This document shows positions 12,712-24,838 of a DNA stretch of 64,000 nt, piece by piece; within the stretch, counting starts at the first letter, position 1, and every line of letters begins with the position of its first letter. The position numbers were made by a program, and so were the translations under genes. The stretch is from Leidyana gryllorum EB-2025a. Taxonomy: Eukaryota > Protista > Apicomplexa. The stretch spans positions 186,001 to 250,000 of the forward strand of contig JBLWGC010000109.1 of NCBI GenBank assembly GCA_048772705.1, in the 5' to 3' direction. The notes under the pieces are model-generated. The model had not been told where the DNA came from. It did not search any database and worked only from the letters and a program-made list of their open reading frames with translations.

Positions 12712-14981
12712 ATGAAGGTAGTGCTACTTGGGCAAATCGCCAACTTTCTCCCTCAACTGGGTTTGGGCTGGACTGACGAAGACGACTGCACGATAAGTGT
12801 CTCCCAAATTGACGACAACCGTCAGCTAACCTACTTTCAACGCTGGCTGACCCAACATTGTGCTGAAAAGAAGTCATGTATCATAACTGTTGTCTCCGCC
12901 CACCGCTCTCTCCGCGATGACATCTGCGACCTCATAGGTAGCCAAGTGCCCAATGCTCAATGCGATGTTCAGTTTCTCAAGGATTTGATGCCCTTCGAAG
13001 ATGTGGAACCTTTCGAGAAACACTCCGCCCGACTTTTGCCACCCCAAGCCAATAAGGCGCGAATGCTCTATCCAGCATTGTATTCCACCCCATCGAACGC
13101 TATGGATGAGTCTACCAAGGGAACCCACGTTACATTCACGTATGTACCAGTCATCAACGATTGGGCAACCACCCTGACATACCAAACGGCTGTGTCAGTT
13201 GGAGTGCTGCCACCACTCACCGGGCAGCAACTGTCCCTACAAACCTTCTTTAATCGCACCACAACTTCAATGGGCAAAAGGCGACTGACTCACTACTTGA
13301 ATCATCCACTGATAGATGCCGACGCCATTCGGTTCCGTCAAACGCTCATAAGATGTCTTCTAGCACATCGGTCGGTGCGCTTGGACATCCAGAACGTGTG
13401 TCTCGCAAAGATGTGCGATTTGGACACGTTTGGTTTCCGTCTGCACAATGCTGTCAAGTTGTCACTGCCAGCCCGGAAGCAAGTCGTTCTGAAGTTGGCA
13501 GACATGTCGGACACAATTGATGTCATACAAAGCTTGCGAAAAGTGCTTGACGACCAACGCAAGAGTACCCTCCAAGACGTGCCAGGCTTGGACGAATGGA
13601 TAATAGATCCGTTATCACATTTGGGCACTGGAATCTACAAACTACGAGCGCTGATCCATCATGTTTTTGACGTAGATGCCTTGCGAGCTGCTCAAAGAGA
13701 TCCAGAAGCTTTGATCCTGAAGCCTGAGTTGGTTGAAACTCTCGGGGATGCGAGCAGAGAAGTCGAAGAGTGTTTGACTAAGATGGAACGACATCGTGCA
13801 GAGGTGGAGAGAGAACTGAGCGGGGGCGGCCGAGGCAGCTCGACGAACAAGCTCAAGTTGATTGTCATGCCAGCAATGGGAAGGATCTTTCGGGCGCCCA
13901 AATCAATGCAGGTGTCCAGCAAGGTGAGCTAAACAAAAGTGGCGCATTCACAATGATCATTCCCGCTCTCTTTGTCCAGTACACATTGATTCGAGTCAAC
14001 AAGAGCGAAACGCAATTCACCTCTCTGAAACTCAAAGATCTGAACGAGAAGTTAAGCGACAGTTTGATGAAAGTACAAAGTACTGAATCTGCCTTCATTG
14101 ACAAAGTCTTGGAGGTTGCGACAACCTACGTGAAGACAATATACCGCCTGGCTGATTTGTTGGGGCTCCTGGATATCCTGTGTGCTTTTGCTTCGGGGCT
14201 TTCTGTTCTGCCTGGAGCGACTGAAACTTGGATCGTTCCCGAAATCGTTGATGAGGGGGCCGACTGCGAGCTGACAGTGGAGGAGGGGAAGCACGTGTTA
14301 TTGGAGCTGCACTCGGGGATCCGAGGAGGCTCAGAGCTCGTGGTACCCAACTCGATTGCGCTCAGCAACAAGGCAGAGCACTTACGGAAAGTGCTTTTGG
14401 TTACTGGTCCAAACATGGGTGGTAAATCAACTTACGCCCGTCAGGCGGCACTGATCGCACTTATGGCTCAGTATGGAGCTTTGGTTCCCGCACGGAAAGC
14501 TCGACTGAGTCCCTTCTCGCTGATGTGGACGAGGATTGGTGCGGATGACGCCCCGGGACAGGGTTTGAGTACCTTCATGACGGAGGCGATTGAGACCGCT
14601 TTGATGCTGCGCACCATGGAGGCCAGCAGCAGCGTGGCTAAGCAACGAGCTTTGCTGATAATTGATGAGTTAGGGCGCGGAACATCCGCGACTGACGGCT
14701 TCAAGTTTGCTGAGGGTGTCACGCGCAAGATCTCTGCCCAGTCACAATGCCTCACTATATTCGCTACGCACTTCCATCTGTTGGGTAACTTGAAGCTCCC
14801 TGGATTGGCGCCGGTGTGTATCAGTCGGGCAAAGAGTGGTGAGGGTGAGAGCTTCAAGATAAAGGACGGGATCGAGAGTGATTCGGACGGTATTGCTCTG
14901 GCTAAAGAGCTGGGCTTTCCAGAAGCGATTGTTGAGTATGCTATGGAGTTGGTTCGCAAACGAGCAGAGATGGCACACTAA
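12712..14981 (+). CDS. MutS-family mismatch repair ATPase, MSH2-like, apparently lacking domain I
   Basis: TGPNMGGKSTYARQ, TRIGADD, STFMTE, DELGRGTSATDGF and FATHFH motifs; RTTTSMGKRRL..PL in the lever region. One intron near 13924-13979. Confidence 0.85.
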
Positions 14982-17900
14982 GTGGACACAGTTGTTGAAG
15001 GAGAGGAGCTGAATGTCCCTTTTTTCTTGGAAGGCTGCTGAGGGGAGCCGGGAGCAACAGCGAAGAAAAAGTCGGCGAGGGCGGCTTGACAGAACTTGGA
15101 GATTTGGAGATGGGTGAACGACTTTTGAGTCAATGTGAGGCCGAGCTCAGGAGGATAGGGCATTGTGTTGGCATCCCAGAAGATGGCAAGGCCTGGGATC
15201 TGCTGCTTGAGACGCTCGAGAGCGAGGAGCAGTGCCTCACGGAGCAACCAGCCAACATCGAGGTGGATGCCCTCCTGGTCTGCAGCCTTTTCTACAAACT
15301 CCGCGTGATTCCACAGGAAGCGCTGCGGCAGATTCTTGATCATGCGGAGGGCGTGGGTCTCGGCTGACTTTTGGCGAGTGGTGGACTTTGTCTGATTGAG
15401 CAGCAGATAGTATGGGGACTCTAATTGGACCACATAGTCGAAATGGCGTCTCTCCGCCCCAAAGACGGCTGAAAGACTCGCCTCGGAATACAATGAAAAG
15501 CTCCAGTTTTGTTGTGGTAACACCGATCTGGAGAAAGAAAGATTGTGTGTATGTGTGATTTGGTGGTGACTTACCCAGCGATCTTGACGAGTCTGGTGGC
15601 TTCCAAATTGGACGGGCCTCGCAGCATTGCACAGTGAGGGTCGTGGGGTGTGGCGAGCCACAGGGCGGGTCGTCCTTTGAGTTTGGCACTCTGGGGGTAC
15701 GCCTTGCCATAGAAGCGCCCTCGTTGCTCCAGTACCCACGGCCCCACCAACAGTGGCTTCTCCTGCCATTTGTAGGTAGCGAGGATGCGGAGAGTGCGCC
15801 AGAAGGCTGTGGAAGGAGTATCAATATTTGTGAGCGGATTCTCGGCCTCGCCCAGGCAGACAGAGTCCTCGAAAGCGGCTAATGCGAGTGTCTCCCAGAA
15901 CTCGGGCACCGGATGAGCTGTAGCCCATTGACGGCTGCCCCATAGCTTGAGAAGTCGCACTGTTGCCCGATAGGCTGTATATTTGGCAGCCGCAGCTTGA
16001 ACCATCGCGTGGTGAAGTGGATACCAATACGCCTCGCGGACGACTTCAAGTTGGTCGAGGTCGGGTCGCTCCTTGTTGGTCGGCACGGGGAGGTTCATGT
16101 TGACCAACCACGACGCTAAGGGTCGGAAGTCCCACTGAGTGGTGACGACTATCCGGAATATGAGCTCGTCGGTGTGCACATCCAAATAGAGCCCCTTCTG
16201 ACTGATGGCCGTCTTGTAGTCGCCCTTTCCAGTGAGATACTTTTGAAGTGTGACCAAAAACAAAAGCTTCAGGTTAGTCAAACTCTGAGCGTCATCGGCA
16301 GGCCAGCCTTTGGAGCCCTGCACATCGACGATGAATGTGACTCTTTCCTTCCCGATCTCGAAACCCGCCAAATCCTGTTCCTCCAGCAGAGTACCTTTGT
16401 GCGACCAGAGCCATCTGTGACGCAGAGCCCAGGGCAACTCGGTGCCTCGGACGAGGGGGTTGGCTTGAACTCTGACCTCACGAATATTGGTCGGAAGGTC
16501 AGTGATGTTCCCCAACATACTTTGGAACTCCATCAGCTTCGTTTGATGTTTGTCCGGAAGCTGAGCGTAGCTGTCGTCCACCAGTCGGAGGGACGGAGCT
16601 AACCGCAAACCCAGAGCGTGGAGCTCTGACTGAGTCAAAACGTAGTGTAACATCTGAGTCATCGGGCTTCCCGCTTGATCTTTCGGCCGCATCTCATTGA
16701 GAGGATTGCTGTAAAAGGGCTGAGGCCGCTTCCACTCGACTGCCAATACTGACTGGCCGCCGGGTTTCTCAATGACTTTGACTTTGGAACCCCACAGACG
16801 TCGGAAACTGTCTGCGGCCTCTTTATCATCGAGGTCAGGCCCGGGCATCACCCGATTCTCCAGAGCCAAATTGTCTCCTCGGAACCGGAAGCCCACCCAG
16901 AGACTCGCCTCCCCTCGCTGATCGGTCGGGACCAATCTGTAACAGACCAATCTGACCCTATCAGATGGCAAAACAGTGTTCAAAAGCTGCTGAACTGTAA
17001 GAGCGATCGTTTGAGCGGGAATTTGTCCGGACGCCGAATCAAATCGAAGCGAGAAAGGAACTTTCCCAACGATTGCACAGTCACTCTCCTCGACCTCTGA
17101 GCTGCGTTTCCGGAAGAAGACGCCGAAACCGTTGTGAACGTTGCCCAGACACTGCATCGCCAACGAGCAGCGGGCAACCAGCTCCGCTGAGTGCAGAGCC
17201 CCAACGTTCCACAAAACGTCGTAGTGCATCTGAGGTGAGTCGTAGAGTCGCAAGTATTGACCATCCGCCTTTCCACAACCCAATCCACTCTCTCCGTATA
17301 TGAAAGTAGCCCTGGGGGTGGAACAAATGCTGCCAAAGAACAACTTGAGCAGCTGCATCACTGTTGCTCGGCTCGCGATTTCCATTGAGCATTGAGCAAA
17401 GTGAGCCAGAAGCATCGTGAGTTGGTGCCCAGAAAACATACCCGGGCCCAATAAGCCCTGTTTGGTAGCCCACAATTTGATAACTATCAAGGCGGGTCCA
17501 AAATAATCAATCTTGTCCGCGCAAGCCTTGATCATTTCAGAGTGCTTGACGCATAGCAAACGGCCTGCGAGGGTACTGTTATATTGGGGAGTAGGCGCTC
17601 CATCGGCAGCGGTTATCAGACTTCTCGACGGCTTGAGTTTTGCCATCAAAAAAGCGCTCGAGTCAGGTACTACCATCAACCGAACCTTCGGACGGGTCTC
17701 GTCCACGGGTTGGAGTAAAACGTCCCAAGCCACAGTGTCACCAACAACCTCAGCGTGGCTCCAGGGAGAACTCTTCAGTTTTCGAGCCCGCTTCGCGATC
17801 GCGATTGCATAATTCTCCGCTGTCGTTGTCCACCTGAAATCCTTCACGTCTCCAGGGTGAATTTCACTCTTCGCAATGATAGCAGCCACGTCGAGCGTTG

Positions 17901-18120
17901 GGCTTCTCCCAGTCAACAAAACCGTCCGTCGATACAGGAAAGACCCAACCACTCGCATTTCGTTTATTGCCGATATTGATGTTCCATTCACCTCTTGCTT
18001 CTTCAATCCATTCAGCAGCGAACGCAAATCGCTGAACAGCCCTTCCAACCCATCATCAAACTCATAGGCATACGCCTCGCCAACAGTCTGATAGGAGACT
18101 GAAGCTGCTCCGGCCGCCAT
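14978..18120 (-). CDS. NOL6: Nucleolar protein 6 / Utp22 (Nrap family)
   Basis: PTPQYNSTL, ALIVIKLWATKQGL, GPDLDDKEAADSFRRLWGSK, VQGSKGWPADD, TVRLLKLW and FWRTLRILATYKWQEKPLLV are Nrap-like segments. An intron near 15531-15574 links to the 14978 ORF. Confidence 0.85.
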
Positions 18121-18159
18121 GGGGGCCAAACAAATTTTTTCAACCCCCCCCCAGATCGA

Positions 18160-21100
18160 ATGCTTCAACGCATAAGATGCAAACTGGCGCCCGAGACGAT
18201 TGAGGGGTTAAAGGGGCTCGATCTGTCAAACCCCATCCTTCCAGAGTGGCAACATGGAGTCTGGCTGGCTATCGGCCCCGATGTCACCACTATCCGCCAA
18301 TTGGGCCCGATTGCTCTCCAGGCCTTAAAAGTGCCAACTGATGCCACAGACGTCAACCCCTGCGACTACTTCACTCTTGAGGGCTCAATCCTGCCCTGGG
18401 AAATGCCCACCAGTATATTTGATAGAGGAGAGACGGTATCACTTCATGTGGACACCAATCGATTGAGTATTCCTAGACATATCCGGAGCGAAAGTAGTCG
18501 CAAGGTTGCCCTCGCACATAAATCACAAAAGACCAGCCGCACCGCCAGCAAAGCCGCCTCTTCGGCCGATAGGAAGAGCCCCAAGCCCGCTTCTGCCAGC
18601 GGAGACAAGAGGCCGCCGAAGCCTCACTCCCATGATAGACGGTCATCTCCTTCGGTATACAGCTTTGCACAAGATAGCATTTGTATCCTTGACGATGCCG
18701 AAACCAGCCCCATCACAGGAGGCGAATTGAACAGTAGTACTCCATTCTTGGCTCGAGAGTGGTATCGCACACTTACAGTGAGTTGTCCAAGCGTCTCCAA
18801 ATACCTATCACGCTATTTGTTATCAACAGAGGGGGGCCATGCTCAAGGTGGATTATGTGTGCCGAGATGATGGCTCTATAAATCAGTATGCGGCTAGACG
18901 AAGCTGTGAGATTGTCCGCCGACGGGCATGCTGTAGCGTGGTCGAGCTGACCATGGCCTCTGACAAAGTTTATCTGGTGCTCAAAGCCAAAGAAGGGGGT
19001 CCGATGAAAGTGATAAATGTGGATTCGATCATTCGTGCCGCCGTACTCGAGGGAAGAGAGGAAAAAGTGATATTCGAGAAATCCTGCCCCATCCGAGATA
19101 TCATTCCCGATACGGACTGTATGATTGGATCGTCACCTCCGGGACCCGTGTGGGACGGGTGAGTCCTCCATGTGCATTCTTTCTATACTTTCCCCTTCCG
19201 CTCAGAAGTTCATACCCTGAAACCCCTACCATTAACCATCCTGTGTTGGGAACATATGTCATCCCCGCTGACGTCTATGACAAGAAGGATCTGGAATATC
19301 TGCATCGACATCTATTGAATGCATTGGAAAGCGTGGCGGTGGAAATCTCCGAGCAAATTGACTTCTATTTCAGCCCTCAGAACTGGCTGCAAGATACTTA
19401 TTTGCGCGCACTGGCGTCCCGACATTCTGGTATGGTGCCGGTGAAGAACATAGCGGGCTTCAATCGCATAAAGAATCTAACCCGCAGCCTGGAGGTGAGC
19501 AAACAAATCGTGTGTGCTGTGCGAGACACCGTCTTTTTCACTTCTTCAGTTTGTAAAGGATGTTTGTCAAGCTGGAGGGCGCTTCTTTGATTATTCTGTC
19601 AATGGTCACGGTCTGATCCCTCGCCACGACAATGTTGGAGGGTCCAATCCTTTCAAGGTGTCGGCAGAGTTACGGGAACGACGGAGAAGCGAGCTGAAGA
19701 AATCGGCTTCTCCCCTCACATCGCCTCGGACGGTGACCACCAAACCCGAAGCGCAACCCAGACAATCCATTCCTCCGACAAGCGCCTCGAATGTGCAAAC
19801 GCATTGTGAACTTGCTCCTATAGAACCCCGGCCGTCCTCAGGCAGGCCACCGGCTACCCCCCAGCTTGAAACAACGCCACTGATAGTTCCATCCAGAGTG
19901 CTACTGCAAGCTCGAAGGGGGCATCGTCGCGAAGTTGCTCGAGTCAATGTAGCGAGTATGCCGAACGCAACTACTTCTTCTGCTGTGGAACTGTCAGAGA
20001 ACGAAAAGGCACCTCAGCCTCAGCTGGTACCTGCGGATCAGAATGAGATGAGCGATATAGTAATGGAAACTCACAAGCGACCCATCATCAACAATCCCCT
20101 ATTGGACGACGTTCCTGAATCCCAGAATACTCAAGTTGGATTCCCTTCACCACATCCACCTCAAGTTGAGTCCGAAGCTCCTGCGTGGACGCCCGCGCCC
20201 ACTCTGATCCCCACTCCAGTTCCAACCCGGCCCATCAGCCCACCTGTCAACACGGCTCTCCCGGTCGCAAACGTCACCGCTCGATCCCACCGCAACCCGC
20301 TTCTGGACGACGACGACGAACCGATGGTATTGAAAAGTGAAATTGTGATTGAAGCTGATGAGCCAATGGAAGTGAAAGAAAGTCCCGTGGACGACATGAT
20401 GGCTGAAGAGTCTGAAAACTGCGTGGTGCTGAATGGCGACCAGTCGCAGCAGATTGCTGGTGAGGACGGGACAACCTGCAAGCCCACGTTCTCATGACCA
20501 GGGGTTGCGAGAACGGATTCACCACCTGGTGCGTCGAGAGGTCCCTTCCGTCTTGTGCCGAGTGGTGCGGGCAACAGAACTGTGGTCGGCTGTATCAATC
20601 CTCCGCCGAGCGCTGATGACGACTTCAGTCCTTACGTACTGGCGAGCTCGAGCTCTGGCGGTTCCCAATCGCTGGCAAGCGAGTTCCGTGAAGTGGCCGA
20701 AAACGAGGTCAGTCGTGAGTGGGCCTCGCCCTCTATATCAGTGCCCCACTGTTCGACGCCTTGTGATACTTCGATGGAGCAACTGGGTCCAACTGACACA
20801 TGCATAGCCCAGACGGTTTCGAGGTTAAGCCAAGTAGACGACCCTGAGCCAGAGCTCGGTCAGACCACCAGCGCGCTGGATCACCTGTTAGTAACCGACT
20901 CGTCATGCATCATCGTGAAATTGGAATCCTCGGACGAAAGTGTTTCTCAAGACATGGAGCAGCAGTCCGCGAAACCAGAAGAGCCGACGACCTCAGCTTT
21001 CGGCGGTGGCGAGTGCGTGACTGCTGTTCGTCGGCAACCGTCTGCAACCAACTGTAGTCCGGCTGCTCGCTCGTTGCCTCCACTGGACTTGTCAGTCTGC

Positions 21101-23155
21101 CTGACAGCACAGCGGGCGACGTGGAAGCATGATGAGGGCCCGGAAGTTGCAGAGGAGCACTACCACAGTGACATTGCGACAGTGGAGCAAGGCCCGTCCC
21201 CAAAATCAAGTGCCGGTGTGGCCGGGGAGTCAGCTGTTCGGGAGCCGGAGTTTCCATCTTCTGCTGGACCCGCCATATGTGTCGAACCCGCTGGGGGCGA
21301 AGATGCGCACGGCGCCCCGGCTGTCAGTGGCGGAGTGAATGTGCTGTCGGGCTCTGAAGAGCCGAACTCCCCGCTATTTACACCTCCGCGAGACGCAGGC
21401 GAGGGGCCTTTGGAGAAGAGTGTCCGGGAACCCTGTTGTGAGTTATACCTGGATCCAGCTTTGCTGTATGAAGGGTCACCGTTAATCACGCCAAGAGAAG
21501 ATGACATACAATTGGTGCCGATAGTGAAGCGAGAGGCCGAGTTTCGGAACCGTCACGAAGAAGATGTATGTACAGAATTGACGACACCCCAGTCCGAGCA
21601 GGACCGTCGACAAGCGTCGGCTGAGGCTCGGATGGCCAGGCGACGGGCTCGTGAACTTGAGCCTTTCGAGGAACCTTTCGGTAACGTATTGCCAGACGTC
21701 CCGTCTCACATTCAAGCGGAGTTGGAAGTTCCTTTGAGTTGTGGGTCCCGGCGTCAGAGTGGGGGCTCGCCGGTGGGTGGAGGGTCGCCTTTTCTTACCC
21801 ACGAGGAGCCGTCTAACTCTGTGCGGGCGTCTTACAGTGTCAAGTGCCGATACGTGTCGATGGGTGCTATGATTACAGCGCCCTGTTTGGAAGGGTTGAG
21901 TCCGGTGAGCAGCACCAATTTGTCTCCATCAGTAACCATTGAGGAGACCGATTCGGGAGGAAGACAGACAGATGCATTGTTACGTAAAGCTGAACACCAC
22001 GAGCGGGCGAAAAGTGCTGTGGTAACATCAATCGAACACCCAATGATAAATAAGAATACAAAGGCCCCGCCTCGAGCTATTGTACCTGCGACCACTAAAC
22101 GTAATTCTGTCTCACACCCCAATCTTCACGCAGCAGAGCGTGTGGTAGCGGCCCCTTTGCGTCGACAGCCTCGCACTCACGTGACAGGAAGTCAGGGGGC
22201 GGTTGTTTCACGGAGGCGATCGCCAACCCCTGTCCAGCGTCCAACGGCTAAGAGCAGACTTCAGGGTGGTCCCCCCGAGCAATACAAAGTTGGGCACTGG
22301 CAGCATGTGAGTGGCGGGGGAAGCTGGACGGCCCGTCCAAGCATCGACGTGCTGACGCCTGGGGGAGGATCCTCCACTCAGTTCGCGGGAGCCCGGCCGG
22401 AAGCGACGGCTGTCAAATCAAGACGGCCCTCGCACACACCGTTGCGGGCGTTGACAGTATCGGAAGCAGCGGCGTCGGGTGCTGGTGGTCAGGGCCCGGG
22501 GGGTTCTAAAAGTCATCGTGTGCTCCCGAAACAACCCAGAGGGGCTTTGGTGAAGTCGACCGCACCGGAGTTGCGGACAGCGAGAGCCTCAACAGACCTC
22601 TCGGTTCCGGGTGCGAAGGTGAAGAGCGCAGGAGGTGTGGTCACCCCTACCAGTGGGAGGACTCGGACCTTCGCTGGGCCCAAGCGGTCTGGCAGCGTGA
22701 TAGGTGACGGGGTGGCCTCCGCTCGAGGGTCATTGTCGAACACGGGTCGGAGTTCCGAGAAATTGGGACCGCACAGTGAGAAGCTGTCGAATGGCGGGAA
22801 GACCACTGCCGATCGTACTCTAATGGTTGGTGGTGCCGCGAAACCCAAGCGGGGTCCTGGGGGGAATATCAACTGGAGAACAGCTCAGGAGGTACTCATG
22901 TTGGCAGGCCGGGCGCGAGCCGCTACTAACACCTCGAGTGCGGATGCACAATCAGCCGACAGCGCGTCCCACCCTCCCGCTCCGGTAGGCCAATGGGGCC
23001 GACGAGCAACTGCCACTTCCGACTCCAAGGCGCGCAGCACTCTGGAGGTCCAAACAACGAGTCATTCTTCGACGGTCAGTAATAATAACCCGCAATGGCG
23101 ATCCCTGTCAGCCGCCAACACCACTCCCCAACTGCGGTCCGTAAGTGCTCAATAG
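18160..23155 (+). CDS. Large protein with coilin-N-like domain, Tudor-like segment, La motif and long low-complexity tail
   Basis: La motif EISEQIDFYFSPQNWLQDTYLRAL..GMVPVKNIAGFNRIKNLT. Short introns near 18778-18829, 19159-19205, 19495-19548 and 20460-20501 join ORFs 18160, 18839, 19150, 19514 and 20555 in frame. Confidence 0.7.
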
Positions 23156-23311
23156 GGTGCTTCCACGGATACTGGCCTCAGCCTCTGAGGAGAACGTTGC
23201 GACAAAGACGACTAAAGGTTTGAAGCCAAACATTGCTCAAAGGAGCTTTTGATGGATGCCAATAGAGGACTGCCATGAAAGTGCATTATAATTGTTAGTT
23301 TAGTCTATTAG

Positions 23312-24609
23312 ATGTCCCAGAAACTATTCCATCATGGCCAGTGCAAAGTCGATGTCTTGCAGCACACTTTGACTGAAGCCAAACGACTCGAAGTCGGTGA
23401 GCCGGACTCGAGCCCTGCCACATCGTAGAACTGACGCAGGAGGATTTGGGGAGATCTATCAATGTGTTACCAGGGATGGTCTCCATTTAGCTGTCAAGAT
23501 TATAGCTTTGCGGACAAAACACATTCAAGAGGTCGCCCAGCGCGAAGCTGACATACTCAGCTCCCTCCGGCCTCACAGTAATATCATTCCTTTCTACGGT
23601 GCCCAGTGGGTCTGTCACAGGAGCAATGATGAACAGAAGAGTGGGTGAAATGACCGCCCGCCCCGCATAGTTGTCCGTTTCCCAGAGTGCAGCTATTGCC
23701 TCCTATTGTTCCCGCTGATGGACAATACAGCAGCCAAACAACTCAGTCGACAGCCGGTGTTGAAATCCATTCTGTCGTTGTGCATTGATGTAATCGAGTA
23801 AGCCGTCCCGCAAAGGAAGTGTGTGCACGCACTTTTGGAGCGCAGCGCTTTGAAGTATCTACACGGGTGCCGTCCGCCCGTCGTGCACCGCGATGTGAAA
23901 TTGGAGAACGTCCTCTTCGACTCCCAACACGAAAGATGGGTTCTGACCGATTTCGGTTCAGCCATTCGTCTCACAGTCGACAACGATACCGAAATGTGAG
24001 CCGGCGCTCCGCAGTACTGGCGGACAGTTACGTTACGTTCTTTCCATTTAACTGCAGCGATAGTGAGGAGTACGAGTCGAAATTGGCCCGCGAAACTACT
24101 TTCTGGTGTCGCGCACCTGAAACTCTGGATGCCTACCGGCAGGGTAATGCTTTCCAGCCAGGAGTTGACATCTGGGCATTTGGCTGCCTCTTGTATACCC
24201 TTATGTTCGGCGAGCACCCCTTTGAGGGAACGTCTACACTCGCTATCTTGAGTGGAGACGCACGGCCTGACCCGAATCAGTTGGCAAGGTGGGTATGCGT
24301 TGGTCGGGTGTTAGAAGGGTTGGCCACGCATTTAGACGTAAGTAACTAGGCTGTTGCAGGTGGCCTGAGAGTCTTATTGATCTAGTGTTTTGGTGTTTGG
24401 ACCCAAACTATGAGACTCGTGCGACCGCGTTTGACTGCGCTAAATATCTGGAAGCCGTCCGGTATGGATCGGGAGGGGACATAGTGGCGGCACCATCACC
24501 TTCGGTAGGTGCTTAGTAACTGCGTGGAGGATTCTTAATGGTTTGATAGATGGCTGCCAGACGGTGGAGAAATACTCTCGACTTTAATGGAACGGGAGAA
24601 GGGATTTAG
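23312..24609 (+). CDS. Ser/Thr protein kinase, NAK (AAK1/GAK-like) family
   Basis: VGGFGEIY, AVK, YLHGCRPPVVHRDVKLENVL, LTDFGSA, TTFWCRAPE and DIWAFGCLLY..HPF, spread over several short exons. Confidence 0.85.
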
Positions 24610-24838
24610 ATCGATCGTTTCGATCGTGTGTCTGGTGGAAAAGTTGCGAATGAGTGAGCACTCGCTCGGCTTTATTGCCAAGCTGAGCGTTCTATTGCGT
24701 GTTTGATGGTGAAGGGGAAAACGTTGTCTTGTCTGAGGTGACGAGTACTCAAAGACATTTACCGCCTACACAACGTCGCTCCCGTCGATACCCAAGAAAG
24801 GAGGACTACTCCTCGGCCAGTTAGCGGTACCATTTGGA

